The translations under genes were made by a program, and so were the position numbers. Of a stretch of 64,000 nt of DNA, positions 1 through 9,971 are shown piece after piece. Each line of letters opens with the position of its first letter. The stretch's first letter is position 1. Source of the DNA: an uncultured Acidobacteriaceae bacterium (GTDB lineage: Bacteria; Acidobacteriota; Terriglobia; Terriglobales; Acidobacteriaceae); the NCBI GenBank assembly GCA_964407245.1, contig CAYOUY010000170.1:380-64379 (forward strand), given 5' to 3'. The notes under the pieces are model-generated. The model was not told the origin of the DNA and did not search any database. It saw only the letters and a program-made list of their open reading frames with translations.

Positions 1-325
1 TCTCTACATTCATTCCAAGGGCGTGTTCTGGCAGCCAGGCGGCGTCCAGGAATTCGTGGTGAAAGCTTTCCTGATGGAAGTTCACCAGATGCGCCGGCCC
101 GAGGAAACCAATCGTCGCCCCACGTGGGTCAGCCCGCAAGAAGCCAAGCGCCGGCTTGCCAAGGGCCGCGAAGTAAAGTATTTCCACGAACTCGAAGCGG
201 TGATCGACCGCGCCCTCGAGCGCATCCAGTTCCACAGCGAACTCTGGGGATCGTACCCTGGAGCGCGCAACGCCCGGGTCGTCGCCTCGCCCAAAGATCC
301 CATCGCCGAAGCCGTCTGGCCGTAG
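1..325 (+). CDS. NUDIX-family hydrolase, C-terminal fragment (5' end outside window)
   Basis: The frame is open from base 2 (LYIHSKGVFWQPGG...), so the gene enters from the left edge. The family call rests only on general resemblance of the C-terminal region. Confidence 0.4.
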   Translation, partial: LYIHSKGVFWQPGGVQEFVVKAFLMEVHQMRRPEETNRRPTWVSPQEAKRRLAKGREVKYFHELEAVIDRALERIQFHSELWGSYPGARNARVVASPKDPIAEAVWP

Positions 326-388
326 GTTAGGGCTCCGGCCGCACATCCGTAGAGTTTTTCGCGAAAGAGGTTCAAAGGTAACGCCGCG

Positions 389-559
389 TTAGCGCACCGC
401 CTTTCCCAACGCGGCAACGGCATGAGCGGGAGCCAGCCGGACCGCAAACTTGTCGTCGTGCCCGCAACTGATGACGGTGGTTTGATTCGGATATTCCCTG
501 ACCCAGATGACCCGTTCCGGGTTGACAAAGACTTCCATGCCGTCTACGTCTTCAAACAT
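389..559 (-). CDS. small hypothetical protein (about 56 aa)
   Basis: Inner ATG (MFEDVDGMEVFVNPERVIWV...) is preceded by AGGAGG. The long 123-aa ORF N-terminus looks non-coding. A GTG at 571 is an alternative start. Confidence 0.35.
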   Translation of the reverse strand: MFEDVDGMEVFVNPERVIWVREYPNQTTVISCGHDDKFAVRLAPAHAVAALGKAVR

Positions 560-758
560 GACAAACTCCACGTTGCCTCCTCTTGGTTCATTGTGAGTCG
601 CCCCTATTAGGGCAAGATCGACGAGCGGTGCGGACGATTGTATCGAATGTTCGGGACCAACAGGTCGAGATGGCCGATCGGCTTTCCATTGGCCTGACGC
701 ACCGATCTTCGATCCGCGGCCCCTGTTACGATAATTCCAGCCTGGTTTTAGACGAATC

Positions 759-2912
759 ATGATTCAGCTCTCCGGCGCCGGAAAACGCTTCGGCCACAAA
801 CTTTTGTTCGAGAACGCGGACTGGCTCATTACCGCCCAGGACCGCGTGGGCCTGGTCGGCGCGAACGGGACCGGCAAGTCCACGATCATGAAGATTCTGG
901 CCGGGCTCGACACGCTCGACTACGGCGAACTCACCAAAGCCAAGGGAATTTCCGCTGGATACCTGCCGCAGGATGGGCTCACACTCTCCGGCCGCACTGT
1001 GTTTGCCGAGTGCATGTCGGTGTTCGACGATCTGCGCGCCATGGAGAAGGAACTGGAATCGCTCATGCACTCGATGGCCGAGCTTGACCACACCAGCGCC
1101 GAGTACCAAGCCGTGGCCGATCGTTATCACGTGCTGGAGCACGAATTCCGCACCCGCGACGGATATTCGATCGAAGCAGAAGTTGGGCGAGTGCTGATGG
1201 GCCTGGGGTTCACCAAAGAAGACTGGCACCGGCAGACTGACGAATTTTCCGGCGGATGGCAGATGCGCCTCGCCCTTGCCAAGCTTCTCTTACAAAAACC
1301 CAACCTCCTTTTGCTCGACGAGCCGACCAACCATCTCGATCTCGAAGCGCGCAACTGGCTGGAAGAATATCTGCAGAATTATCCGAACGCCTTCGTGCTC
1401 ATCTCGCACGACCGCTATTTCCTTGACGTGACCGTCTCGAAGATCGCCGAAATCTGGAACAAGAAGCTGTGGTTCTACACCGGCAACTACGACAAGTTCC
1501 TGGCGCAAAAGACGCAGCGCAACGAGCAGTTGCAGGCCGCGTATCGCAACCAGAAAGAGCGGATCGACCAACTGGAAGTCTTCATCAACCGCTTCCGTTA
1601 CCAGGCGACCAAAGCCAAACAGGTCCAGAGCCGCATCAAGGAACTCGAAAAGATGGAGCGGATCGAAGTTCCGCCGGAAGAGAAGACCATTCATTTCAAG
1701 TTCCCGCAGCCCAAGGCGAGCGGCCGGATTGTGGCGGAGTTTGAGGGCGTGGCGAAGACGTATCCGCCGCGCAAGTTGCCGGGCCGAAACGGTGACGGCC
1801 CGGAGAATGCCGCTGAGCAGTCTTCAGGAAAGACGGTGTTTGAAAAAGTCAGCTTCATGATCGAGCGCGGTGACCGCATCGCCCTGGTCGGTGTGAACGG
1901 TGCGGGCAAGTCCACGCTGATCAAGCTGCTCGCCGGTACCGAGCCGCTCACCGCAGGCGAGTTCCGCCTCGGCTATAACGTGCAGGCCGACTATTTCGCG
2001 CAGGATCAGTACAAAGAGCTCGACGCCGACGCCCGGATTCTCGATGACTTGGGTGCGATTTCACCGCGCTCGACCGAGACTGAGTTGCGCAGTCTGCTCG
2101 GCTGTTTTCTGTTCTCCGAAGATGACGTGTTCAAGAAAATCGGAGTCCTCTCCGGCGGCGAGCGTGGGCGCTACGCCCTGCTGCGCCTGCTGTTGCATCC
2201 GGCGAATTTTCTGCTGCTCGACGAGCCTACCAACCACCTTGACATGCGGGCGAAGGATGTCCTGCTAACCGCGCTCATGGAATATACGGGCACGGTTGTT
2301 TTCGTTTCGCACGACCGCTATTTCATTGACCGGCTGGCTACGCGAGTATTCGAAGTCGGCGACGGCAAGGTCGAAATCTTCCCCGGCAACTACGAAGACT
2401 ATCTATGGCGCAAGCAAGGTGGCCAGCACGTCGCCCCTACGCTCGAGGATGTGCCGGGTATGGACTTGGTAGGTGAGGCAACCGCGTCTTCCCACGTCTC
2501 GCAAAAGCGGCGAGACCCTTCGACTACGCTCAGGGCAGGCATGGGCCACCCCACGCCCTCGAGTTCTTCGACTGCGGGTGCCCCACTTCTGCCTGATGTT
2601 GGCAGAAGTGGGAAGCAAACAGCTGCGGACTCAACGAACGGGAATCACGGCGGTTCTGTCGTGGCGGAAGCTCCCAAGAAGCGGCTGAACCCCATCAAGC
2701 GCAAGCAGATGGAGAACCGCGTCCACGAACTGGAGGAAGAGATCAACCGCGCCGAGGCGGTGATCGCGCATCTGGAAACCGAGCTGCAGAATTTCGTCAG
2801 CGCGGAGCAGAGCCAGCGCCGTTCCGAGGAACTCAACCAGCAGAAGGCGAGTCACGCCAGCCTGATCGCCGAGTGGGAAGAGCTCTCCGGGACCCTGCAA
2901 ACTTCAGGCTAG
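759..2912 (+). CDS. ABC-F family ATPase (two ABC domains, C-terminal coiled coil, Uup-like)
   Basis: Two Walker A motifs (GANGTGKST, GVNGAGKST) and two signature motifs (LSGGWQMR, LSGGERGR). No transmembrane domain. C-terminal coiled coil KRKQMENRVHELEEEI. Confidence 0.93.
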   Translation: MIQLSGAGKRFGHKLLFENADWLITAQDRVGLVGANGTGKSTIMKILAGLDTLDYGELTKAKGISAGYLPQDGLTLSGRTVFAECMSVFDDLRAMEKELESLMHSMAELDHTSAEYQAVADRYHVLEHEFRTRDGYSIEAEVGRVLMGLGFTKEDWHRQTDEFSGGWQMRLALAKLLLQKPNLLLLDEPTNHLDLEARNWLEEYLQNYPNAFVLISHDRYFLDVTVSKIAEIWNKKLWFYTGNYDKFLAQKTQRNEQLQAAYRNQKERIDQLEVFINRFRYQATKAKQVQSRIKELEKMERIEVPPEEKTIHFKFPQPKASGRIVAEFEGVAKTYPPRKLPGRNGDGPENAAEQSSGKTVFEKVSFMIERGDRIALVGVNGAGKSTLIKLLAGTEPLTAGEFRLGYNVQADYFAQDQYKELDADARILDDLGAISPRSTETELRSLLGCFLFSEDDVFKKIGVLSGGERGRYALLRLLLHPANFLLLDEPTNHLDMRAKDVLLTALMEYTGTVVFVSHDRYFIDRLATRVFEVGDGKVEIFPGNYEDYLWRKQGGQHVAPTLEDVPGMDLVGEATASSHVSQKRRDPSTTLRAGMGHPTPSSSSTAGAPLLPDVGRSGKQTAADSTNGNHGGSVVAEAPKKRLNPIKRKQMENRVHELEEEINRAEAVIAHLETELQNFVSAEQSQRRSEELNQQKASHASLIAEWEELSGTLQTSG
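2491..2612. repeat. hairpin-rich repeat-like insert lying in frame inside the ABC-F linker
   Basis: Stem gtctcgc/gcgagac (2496-2516) and a perfect 12-bp stem cccacttctgcc/ggcagaagtggg (2582-2612). It translates as low-complexity ...SQKRRDPSTTLRAGMGHPTPSSS.... Confidence 0.5.
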
Positions 2913-3125
2913 CCTGCCACACCTGAAATCCGTTACCGAGCCAATTCCGCCGTCACTCCCACCTCGCCCGCATGGGCACGTTCTTCCGTAATCTAAGGGA
3001 AAACTTACCTCTGTGCGATAGTCGAATTGGCCAGAAGGCCACGAACTGCCGAAGGCCGAAAATTTCAGTCACCGCACCAACGCCGCCAGCCAGCGCGACG
3101 CCCGCGGGAACCCAAGGAAGGTCGC

Positions 3126-3629
3126 ATGCTCCAGTCGTCGGATAACTCCTTCTTGAAGTCCGGCTCGCCGGCTTCCAACCCCAACGCTTACAACCCCAAG
3201 ACTGTGACCGCTCCCGTAGACCAGGCCACCATCGGCCGCACGCTGTGCATCAAGGGCGAAATCAGCGGCTCCGAGGCGCTCTATATTGATGGCCGCATCG
3301 AAGGCAAGATCACGATGCCCGAAAGCCGAGTCACCATCGGCCGCAACGGCAAAGTCGACGCCAGCATCCAGGCGCGCGAAGTCGTGGTCATGGGCAAGGT
3401 GAACGGCAACATTGAATGCAGCGATCGCGTGGATATCCGCAGCGAAGGCTCGGTGCAGGGCGACATTTCCACGGTGCGCATCAGCGTGGAAGACGGCGCT
3501 GCGCTGAAGGGCGGAATCCAGGTTCGCGCCGAAGGCAAGCCGCATCATCAGCAGCAGGCTCAGCCGCAGCCGCAGCCGAAGCCGCCGGTTGAGGCGCCCA
3601 AGGCCATGGCAGCCACTGCCAACGCTTAG
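3126..3629 (+). CDS. bactofilin family cytoskeletal protein
   Basis: Beta-helical repeat region IKGEISGSEALYIDGRIEGKI...VVVMGKVNGNIEC...VQGDIS and a Pro/Gln-rich tail. ATG at 3126 follows AAGGAAGG; the upstream part of the ORF is Arg-rich junk. Confidence 0.85.
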   Translation: MLQSSDNSFLKSGSPASNPNAYNPKTVTAPVDQATIGRTLCIKGEISGSEALYIDGRIEGKITMPESRVTIGRNGKVDASIQAREVVVMGKVNGNIECSDRVDIRSEGSVQGDISTVRISVEDGAALKGGIQVRAEGKPHHQQQAQPQPQPKPPVEAPKAMAATANA

Positions 3630-3651
3630 TTTCTGCTCGCCCCGACGTTGA

Positions 3652-3691
3652 AACAAGAAAGGGCACGCGCAAGCGTGCCCTTGTTGTTTTT
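3652..3691. terminator. bidirectional rho-independent terminator between convergent bactofilin and msrB
   Basis: GGGCACGC-gcaa-GCGTGCCC stem-loop followed by TTGTTGTTTTT, with a T-rich run on the opposite strand too. Confidence 0.6.
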
Positions 3692-3759
3692 CGGTGACGC
3701 AGCACTTCAGCGCTGCGATTTTAATGGCCCCGACAGAACCCGGCTTTAGGCGCTGAGGC

Positions 3760-4170
3760 TTAGACCTTCTTTCTGAAATCCAGCGCGGCTGAATTCATGC
3801 AATAGCGCAGACCCGTCGGCTTGGGACCATCCTCAAACACGTGCCCCAGATGCGCATCGCACTTGGCGCAGCGCACTTCGGTGCGAACCATGCCGTACTT
3901 CGTATCGCGATGCTCGGTGACTCCGCCGCCCTCTACCGGCTGATTGAAGCTCGGCCAGCCCGTGCCGGAATCGAATTTCGTCTGCGAGCTGAACAGCGGC
4001 GCACCACAGCACACGCAGTGATACATTCCGGGCTCGTGATTGTCCCAGTATGCGCCGGTAAAGGCGCATTCTGTGCCCGCCTCACGCGTGACGTGATACT
4101 GCTCGGGTGTCAGCTGCTTCTTCCACTCACCTTCCGACTTCGTAACTTTTTCTTCTGTCTTCTCGGCCAT
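3760..4170 (-). CDS. msrB: peptide-methionine (R)-S-oxide reductase
   Basis: Full-length SelR domain with two CxxC pairs (CVCCG, CAKC) and the catalytic motif GLRYCMNS. Confidence 0.95.
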   Translation of the reverse strand: MAEKTEEKVTKSEGEWKKQLTPEQYHVTREAGTECAFTGAYWDNHEPGMYHCVCCGAPLFSSQTKFDSGTGWPSFNQPVEGGGVTEHRDTKYGMVRTEVRCAKCDAHLGHVFEDGPKPTGLRYCMNSAALDFRKKV

Positions 4171-4335
4171 GGTTGGCTCCGTTGTAATGGATTATGTATG
4201 CTCTCAGTTTGATGTTCTGGAGCTGAAAAAGTGACATGCAAAACCATTCACCACAGAGGCATGGAGTCACGGAGAACCGCGTAAACCTCGATCTCTCCGT
4301 GCCTCGGTGCCTCCGTGGCGGAATCGAGTCGGCCA

Positions 4336-4908
4336 CTAGCTGGCGGCCTCAGCGCCCACCTTCCGATACTTCCCCCGGTAGAACACGAGCGGATCCCCCT
4401 CGCGCATCACCACATCCTCGACTTCGGCAATGAAGATCGTATGATCACCGGCCTCTTCGGCCGAGCGCAACCGGCACTCGAGATACGCCAACGAACCATG
4501 GAGCACGGGAGTTCCATGGCGGGTGCGGTCGAAACGGGCGCCGGCCACGGCCTCAGCATCTACGTCCCTGCGATCGGCGCGCGCATAGTACTCGGAAATC
4601 GCCCGTTGGTCCGCGGAAAGCACATTAACCCCGAAACGCTTCTTCGCATGCAGATGCGCGTGCGTCGACGCCTGGCGATCGACGCAGACCAGCACCAGCG
4701 GCGGATCGAGCGAGACGGAGGCGAACGCGTTGGCCGTCATTCCATGGACTGCGCCATGAGTTGCCCCGCCAGCGGCTCCGTGAGGCTCGTCGCGGGCCTT
4801 CCCTGGAAGCACGCCGCGCCTTTCTTCGCCGAGATCGAGCGTGAGAATCGTCACGCCCGTGGCGAAGCAGCCCATGGCTTTGCGAAAATCGGCCGGATTC
4901 ACGCTCAT
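4336..4908 (-). CDS. flavin reductase family protein (FMN-binding split barrel, HpaC-like)
   Basis: FRKAMGCFATGVTILT...GMTANAFASVSLDPPLVLVCV...FGVNVL is typical of the flavin reductase domain. Confidence 0.85.
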   Translation of the reverse strand: MSVNPADFRKAMGCFATGVTILTLDLGEERRGVLPGKARDEPHGAAGGATHGAVHGMTANAFASVSLDPPLVLVCVDRQASTHAHLHAKKRFGVNVLSADQRAISEYYARADRRDVDAEAVAGARFDRTRHGTPVLHGSLAYLECRLRSAEEAGDHTIFIAEVEDVVMREGDPLVFYRGKYRKVGAEAAS

Positions 4909-6202
4909 GATGCAGCCAACCGGCCTACATTACCACGCGCCGCCGTTGTATATTCGAGGCGTGTCCCTGACCTGGGATGGACCCGCGAAATCGACCGCAC
5001 AAAACCTGGGGCCGAGCTTCGCTCGGCCGGACAGCCGAGGGCGGCTGTCCCTACACAACATTCGGCGCGGCGTTCCAGTTTCCCGTGACGCCGCTCTCGC
5101 ACTCATCGAGTGCTCCGACCACAATCTTCCCGAGCTTCTCGCCGCGGCGCGCGCCGCCAAGGAGCGTTTCAAGCCCGGCGTGATCACCTATTCGCGCAAA
5201 GTGTTCATCCCGCTGACCAACCTTTGCCGCGACTACTGCGGATACTGCACCTTCCGCCGCGATCCCGGCGACCCGGGCGCGCATACGATGACGCCCGACG
5301 CGGTTCTGGAAGTCGCCCGCGCCGGCGAAAAGCTGGGATGCACCGAGGCCCTCTTCAGCCTGGGCGACAAGCCCGAACTACTTTTCCCTGAAATGCGCGA
5401 GACGCTGCGGCGGCTGGGCTACAAGTCCACGCTGCACTATCTCGAAGCCATGTGTGAGCTCGTGCTGCGCGAGACCACCCTGCTGCCGCATCCAAATCCT
5501 GGCCTGCTCAGCGCCGAGTGGATCGCCCGCCTCGCTCGCGTTTCCCCCAGCATGGGTCTGATGCTCGAAACCACAAACGAATCGCTACTGGCTCCCGGGA
5601 AAGCCCACGACAACGCACCCGACAAAGTTCCCGCCAGACGACTGCGCACCATCGAAGACGCCGGCAAGCAGAATGTTCCGTTCACGACAGGTCTGCTCAT
5701 CGGCATCGGCGAATCGCCCGAAGACCGCGTCGACACGCTCCTTGCCATTCGCGATTTGCACGAGCGTTACGGCCACATTCAGGAAGTGATCGTGCAGAAC
5801 TTTCGCGTCAAGCCTGCGATTCCCATGGCGCACTGGCCCGAGCCCTCACACGGCGACATGTTGCGCACCGTGGCGGTAGCTCGGTTGTTACTCCCTGACG
5901 TCAATATTCAGGCTCCGCCCAATCTCTCAGCGCCTTACTATGAAGAGTTAATCGATGCGGGCATCAATGACTGGGGAGGAATTTCGCCGCTGACGCCGGA
6001 CTACATCAATCCGGAAAAGCCCTGGCCGCACCTGGAGCAGCTTCGCTTGCGCACTGAGGCGAGGGGATGCACGCTGAGCCAGCGCCTGCCGGTCTATCCG
6101 GAATTTCTGCCCGCGCTCATATCGAAGCCCGGCCTCCTGTCGAAGAAACTGCGCGCGGCGGCTGATGATCACGGCATGGCAAGAATGGCGAGGGCGGCAT
6201 GA
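4907..6202 (+). CDS. cofG: 7,8-didemethyl-8-hydroxy-5-deazariboflavin (FO) synthase subunit CofG, radical SAM
   Basis: VITYSRKVFIPLTNLCRDYCGYCTF radical-SAM CxxxCxxC and full-length CofG-like sequence. Start uncertain: ATG 4907/4910, TTG 4946 or GTG 4961. Confidence 0.88.
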   Translation: MMQPTGLHYHAPPLYIRGVSLTWDGPAKSTAQNLGPSFARPDSRGRLSLHNIRRGVPVSRDAALALIECSDHNLPELLAAARAAKERFKPGVITYSRKVFIPLTNLCRDYCGYCTFRRDPGDPGAHTMTPDAVLEVARAGEKLGCTEALFSLGDKPELLFPEMRETLRRLGYKSTLHYLEAMCELVLRETTLLPHPNPGLLSAEWIARLARVSPSMGLMLETTNESLLAPGKAHDNAPDKVPARRLRTIEDAGKQNVPFTTGLLIGIGESPEDRVDTLLAIRDLHERYGHIQEVIVQNFRVKPAIPMAHWPEPSHGDMLRTVAVARLLLPDVNIQAPPNLSAPYYEELIDAGINDWGGISPLTPDYINPEKPWPHLEQLRLRTEARGCTLSQRLPVYPEFLPALISKPGLLSKKLRAAADDHGMARMARAA

Positions 6203-6215
6203 AGGGAAACACAGG

Positions 6216-7202
6216 ATGATTTGCGTTCTGAGCGGCGGCACTGGCGGCGCGAAGTTCGTCGACGGGCTGCGCCAGGTCATGCCTGCGGAGGAAATCACGA
6301 TCGTCGTCAACACCGGCGATGACCTGCTGTGGTGGGGCCTGTACGTTTCGCCTGACATTGATTCCATCACCTATGTTCTTTCCGGCATGTTGAGCCGCGA
6401 GCGCGGCTGGGGCGTAAAAGGAGACACGTTTCTTTGCCTGCAGGCCATGGGACAGCTCGGCGAACCGACGTGGTTTCACACCGGTGACCGCGATCTGGCT
6501 ATGCATCTGCTCCGCTCGCGCCTGCTGGCCGAAGGCAAGACGCTCTCGGAAGCGACCGCGGTTGTTTCCAGCAAACTGGGAGTGAAAGCTCGGGTGCTGC
6601 CCATGAGCAATTCGAGGGTGGAAACCCGCATCGACACGCCAAACGTCGGCGAGTTGAGCTTCGAGGAGTATTTCGTGCAGCGCTGGTATCAGGATCCGGT
6701 GCGCTCAGTGCGCTTTGCCGGGGCCTCCGACGCCGAACCTGCACCCGGCGTCATCGACGCGATCACGACGGCCGACGCCGTCATCATCGCGCCCAGCAAT
6801 CCGGTCACCAGCATCGGCCCCATTCTCGCGGTGCCTGGCATTCGCGACGCCTTGCTGCGCGCGAAGGGGAAAATTGCCGCCGTCAGCCCCGTCGTGGGCA
6901 ATGCCCCGGTCGCGGGTCCGGCGGGAATTCTCATGGCCGCGCAAGGCCTGCCGTGTTCGATCGCGGGCGTGGCGCAGGTCTACGAGGATTTTCTCGATCT
7001 TCTCGTCTGCGACACGCGCGACGCCCGCGCCGCCGAGGTTCTGCGCCAGAAGGGACTGCGCATGCAGTGTACTCAGACCATTATGCGCAACGCCGACGAC
7101 AAGGCTGCATTGGCACGGGAGGTCCTGTCGCTCGTAGTCGGCAGCCTGCTGAAGGAAGAACCTGCCGCTGGTGCTTTCCGGCGTCTGGAACCCGAGCCGT
7201 GA
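6216..7202 (+). CDS. cofD: 2-phospho-L-lactate transferase (LPPG:FO transferase)
   Basis: MICVLSGGTGGAKFVDGL N-terminus and full-length CofD-like sequence. Confidence 0.9.
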   Translation: MICVLSGGTGGAKFVDGLRQVMPAEEITIVVNTGDDLLWWGLYVSPDIDSITYVLSGMLSRERGWGVKGDTFLCLQAMGQLGEPTWFHTGDRDLAMHLLRSRLLAEGKTLSEATAVVSSKLGVKARVLPMSNSRVETRIDTPNVGELSFEEYFVQRWYQDPVRSVRFAGASDAEPAPGVIDAITTADAVIIAPSNPVTSIGPILAVPGIRDALLRAKGKIAAVSPVVGNAPVAGPAGILMAAQGLPCSIAGVAQVYEDFLDLLVCDTRDARAAEVLRQKGLRMQCTQTIMRNADDKAALAREVLSLVVGSLLKEEPAAGAFRRLEPEP

Positions 7203-7912
7203 GCGTCTCTCCGGTAATCGTTTCTCCGGTAGTTTTGGTTCCCGTCAAGAATCTGTCTTCCGCCAAGCAGCGGCTGGCCGCTGTTTTGGACCAGCCATCA
7301 CGCACGGCATTAGCGCAGGCGATGCTCGAAGACGTTCTCGCGACTTTGCATAATTGGAAAACGCAGGGCTGGAAGCTGCGGTCACTGGTGGCAATCGTGA
7401 CCAGCGATCCTTACGCAGTTCAACTGGCGAACACGTACGGATTTGAAATCATTCCCGACCCCGACAATCCCGGCGAAACCGGCGCCATCGAGATGGCCAC
7501 GCGAGTTTGCGTGGAGCGCGGAGCCGGGAGCACTCTGGTGATCCCCGCTGATATTCCTCTGATTCAAGCCTGGGAACTCGAGGAAATGCTGAAGCGCGCC
7601 CCTGCAGAAGGGAGCGTGCTGGTTCCCGCTGCCGATGGACGCGGCACCAACGCCGCTTTCCGCCGGCCAGCCAATCTTTTCCCGCTGCGCTTCGGCAACG
7701 ACAGCTTCAAGCCGCATCACGCCGCCGCGCAGGCGACCGGCAAGCCATGTGTTGTGCTGCACCTACCTGGGATTGCCGTCGACGTGGACAATCCCTCTGA
7801 CCTGCAACATCTGCTCTCGCTTCCCGGCGAAACGTGCGCCCAGCGGCTTGGCCGCAAATACGTAGAAAACGGAAAGGCCAAGGCTCTCGGGCCGCAGACC
7901 GCGAGACGCTGA
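7199..7912 (+). CDS. cofC: F420 biosynthesis guanylyltransferase (CofC/FbiD family)
   Basis: VLVPVKNLSSAKQRLAAVL...AMLEDVLATL motif. GTG start overlaps the cofD stop (GTGA). Confidence 0.8.
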   Translation: MSVSPVIVSPVVLVPVKNLSSAKQRLAAVLDQPSRTALAQAMLEDVLATLHNWKTQGWKLRSLVAIVTSDPYAVQLANTYGFEIIPDPDNPGETGAIEMATRVCVERGAGSTLVIPADIPLIQAWELEEMLKRAPAEGSVLVPAADGRGTNAAFRRPANLFPLRFGNDSFKPHHAAAQATGKPCVVLHLPGIAVDVDNPSDLQHLLSLPGETCAQRLGRKYVENGKAKALGPQTARR

Positions 7913-7934
7913 CTCCCTTACAATTCCCCTGCCG

Positions 7935-8696
7935 ATGCCATCGCACTCCGAACTTCGCGTCATCCCCGTCTCGCTCTCAGGTGAAATCCGCCACGGCGAT
8001 TCCATCGCCGAAAAACTCCTTGCATCTCTCCGCCGGCGCCGGTTCCGGCTTCACTCCGGCGACATTCTGATCGTGAAACACAAGATTGTTTCGAAGGCCG
8101 AGGGCCGGCTGGTGGACCTGGCGACGATCGTGCCGTCGGCTGAGTCTGTGGCCTGGGCGGAACAATACGCGCTTGATCCGCGCGTGATTGAACTTGCCCT
8201 GCGCGAGAGCCGGGCGGTTATCCGGCGCAAGAACGGAGTGCTGATCACCGAAACGCATCACGGTTTTCTCTGCGCCAACAGCGGTGTCGATGTTTCAAAC
8301 GTCGACGGCGGCCGCCACGCCGTCCTACTTCCCGAAAATCCCGACGGCTCCGCCGCGAATTTACGTCGCGAGCTAAGAAAACGCACCGGGCTTTCTATCC
8401 CGGTCATCATCACCGACAGTTTCGGTCGTCCCTGGCGCGAAGGACTAACCGAGTTCGCGATCGGCATCGCGGGGATGAAGCCGTTGCGCGACGATCGGGG
8501 CCGCCGCGATCCTCACGGCTACGAACTTAAAGCCAGTGTGGAGGCGGTCGCCGACGAACTGGCCTGCGCCGCGGGCTTGGTCTGCGGCAAACTCGAGCGC
8601 ACGCCCGCGTGCGTAATTCGCGGATTCCGGTATGAGCCAGGCGCTGGCAGCATACGCGACCTGCTCCGCCCTGCAGCCAGTGACCTGTTCCGGTAG
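7935..8696 (+). CDS. cofE: coenzyme F420-0:L-glutamate ligase, stand-alone
   Basis: GDILIVKHKIVSKAEGRLVDL...ANSGVDVSN...ITDSFGRPWREG. 253 aa with no C-terminal nitroreductase domain. Confidence 0.85.
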   Translation: MPSHSELRVIPVSLSGEIRHGDSIAEKLLASLRRRRFRLHSGDILIVKHKIVSKAEGRLVDLATIVPSAESVAWAEQYALDPRVIELALRESRAVIRRKNGVLITETHHGFLCANSGVDVSNVDGGRHAVLLPENPDGSAANLRRELRKRTGLSIPVIITDSFGRPWREGLTEFAIGIAGMKPLRDDRGRRDPHGYELKASVEAVADELACAAGLVCGKLERTPACVIRGFRYEPGAGSIRDLLRPAASDLFR

Positions 8697-8699
8697 ACT

Positions 8700-9971
8700 G
8701 TGTTCGACGACTTTTGCTCTTGGGAGAATCTTTTGGCCCGTGAACTCACACGTTCGGAACTAGAATCCTTTCCCAGCCTCGACTGGGCCGACGTCGCACC
8801 GCGACTAACTCCATCCTCCCGCGCTTCGCTCGAAAAAATCCTCGAAACACAGAACGGCACCGATCTCACTCTCGACGAATCCTACGCACTCGCCAATGCC
8901 GAAGGCGATGACCTTCTCGGCCTGCTCGTTGCCGCTGACATTCTCCGCGCGGAACTCGTTGGCAATATCGTCACCTACGTCGTCAACCGGAATATCAACT
9001 TCACCAACATTTGTTTCGTAGGATGCAAGTTCTGCGCCTTCAGCCGCGGTCCGCGCGAATCCGACGCATATTTCCACTCTCTGGAGGAGATGGCCGAAAA
9101 GGCCCGCGAAGCGTGGCGTTTGGGCGCGACTGAAGTCTGCATCCAGGGCGGGCTGCCGCGCGATCTGCCGAAGTTCTACTATCGTGACATTCTGCGGGCC
9201 ATCAAATCCGCCGTCCCGCGCATGCATATCCATGCTTTCTCGCCGATGGAAATTGTTTACGGCGTCGAGCTGACGGGTATGCCGCTCGCACACTATCTCT
9301 CGATGCTGCGTGACAACGGGCTTGGTACGCTGCCCGGCACCGCCGCCGAAATTCTGGACGACGAAATCCGCCACATTCTCTCCGCCAATAAACTCTCTAC
9401 CGCAGAGTGGATCGAAGTGATCCGCACGGCTCACCGCTGCGGCATCCGCACAACCTCGACGCTGATGTACGGACATGCCGAGACGCCTGCCCACTGGGTC
9501 CGCCAGATGCGACTCCTGCGCGACATTCAAAACGAAACCGGAGGCTTCACCGAGTTCGTGCCGCTCGGCTTCGTGCATCAGAACACGCTGCTCTTTCACC
9601 AGGGACTGGCGCGAAGCGGCCCCGCGCTGGCCGAACATTTGAAAGTTCATGCGCTGGCCCGCATCCTGTTCGCCGGCTCGATCAACAACATTCAGGTTTC
9701 GTGGGTGAAGCTGAACCGGCGGTTGTCGCAACTCTGCCTGCACGCCGGCGCTAACGACTACGGCGGCACGCTGATGGAGGAAAACATTTCCCGCGAAGCC
9801 GGGGCCACGGCCGGCCAGTACACCAGCCCGGAAGAATTTCAGTCGCTGATTCTTGAAATCGGCCGCATTCCGGCCGAGCGCAACACGACCTATTCGCGTA
9901 TCCAGATCAAGCTTCCGTTCAACGAAGCCGAATTCACCGCCGAGGAAATGCTCGAGGCCGAGTTCGCATGA
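8700..9971 (+). CDS. cofH: FO synthase subunit CofH, radical SAM
   Basis: NINFTNICFVGCKFCAFSR radical-SAM motif and full-length CofH-like sequence. GTG start. Confidence 0.9.
   Translation: MFDDFCSWENLLARELTRSELESFPSLDWADVAPRLTPSSRASLEKILETQNGTDLTLDESYALANAEGDDLLGLLVAADILRAELVGNIVTYVVNRNINFTNICFVGCKFCAFSRGPRESDAYFHSLEEMAEKAREAWRLGATEVCIQGGLPRDLPKFYYRDILRAIKSAVPRMHIHAFSPMEIVYGVELTGMPLAHYLSMLRDNGLGTLPGTAAEILDDEIRHILSANKLSTAEWIEVIRTAHRCGIRTTSTLMYGHAETPAHWVRQMRLLRDIQNETGGFTEFVPLGFVHQNTLLFHQGLARSGPALAEHLKVHALARILFAGSINNIQVSWVKLNRRLSQLCLHAGANDYGGTLMEENISREAGATAGQYTSPEEFQSLILEIGRIPAERNTTYSRIQIKLPFNEAEFTAEEMLEAEFA

Noticed and set aside
389-559. Resemblance of the 56-aa ORF to FlbD-type small flagellar proteins (xxG.EVFVNPERVIWV...TTVI...DKFAV)
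   Set aside because: This is pattern-level similarity only, with no flagellar genes in the window. It is kept as a hypothetical protein.
4315-5088. 257-aa plus-strand ORF
   Set aside because: It is antisense to the flavin reductase and out of frame with cofG, with no motifs.
6953-7198. Long N-terminal extension of the cofC ORF
   Set aside because: It overlaps the cofD C-terminus in another frame and is Arg-rich. The GTG at 7199 gives the canonical CofC N-terminus (VLVPVKN) and a GTGA coupling overlap.
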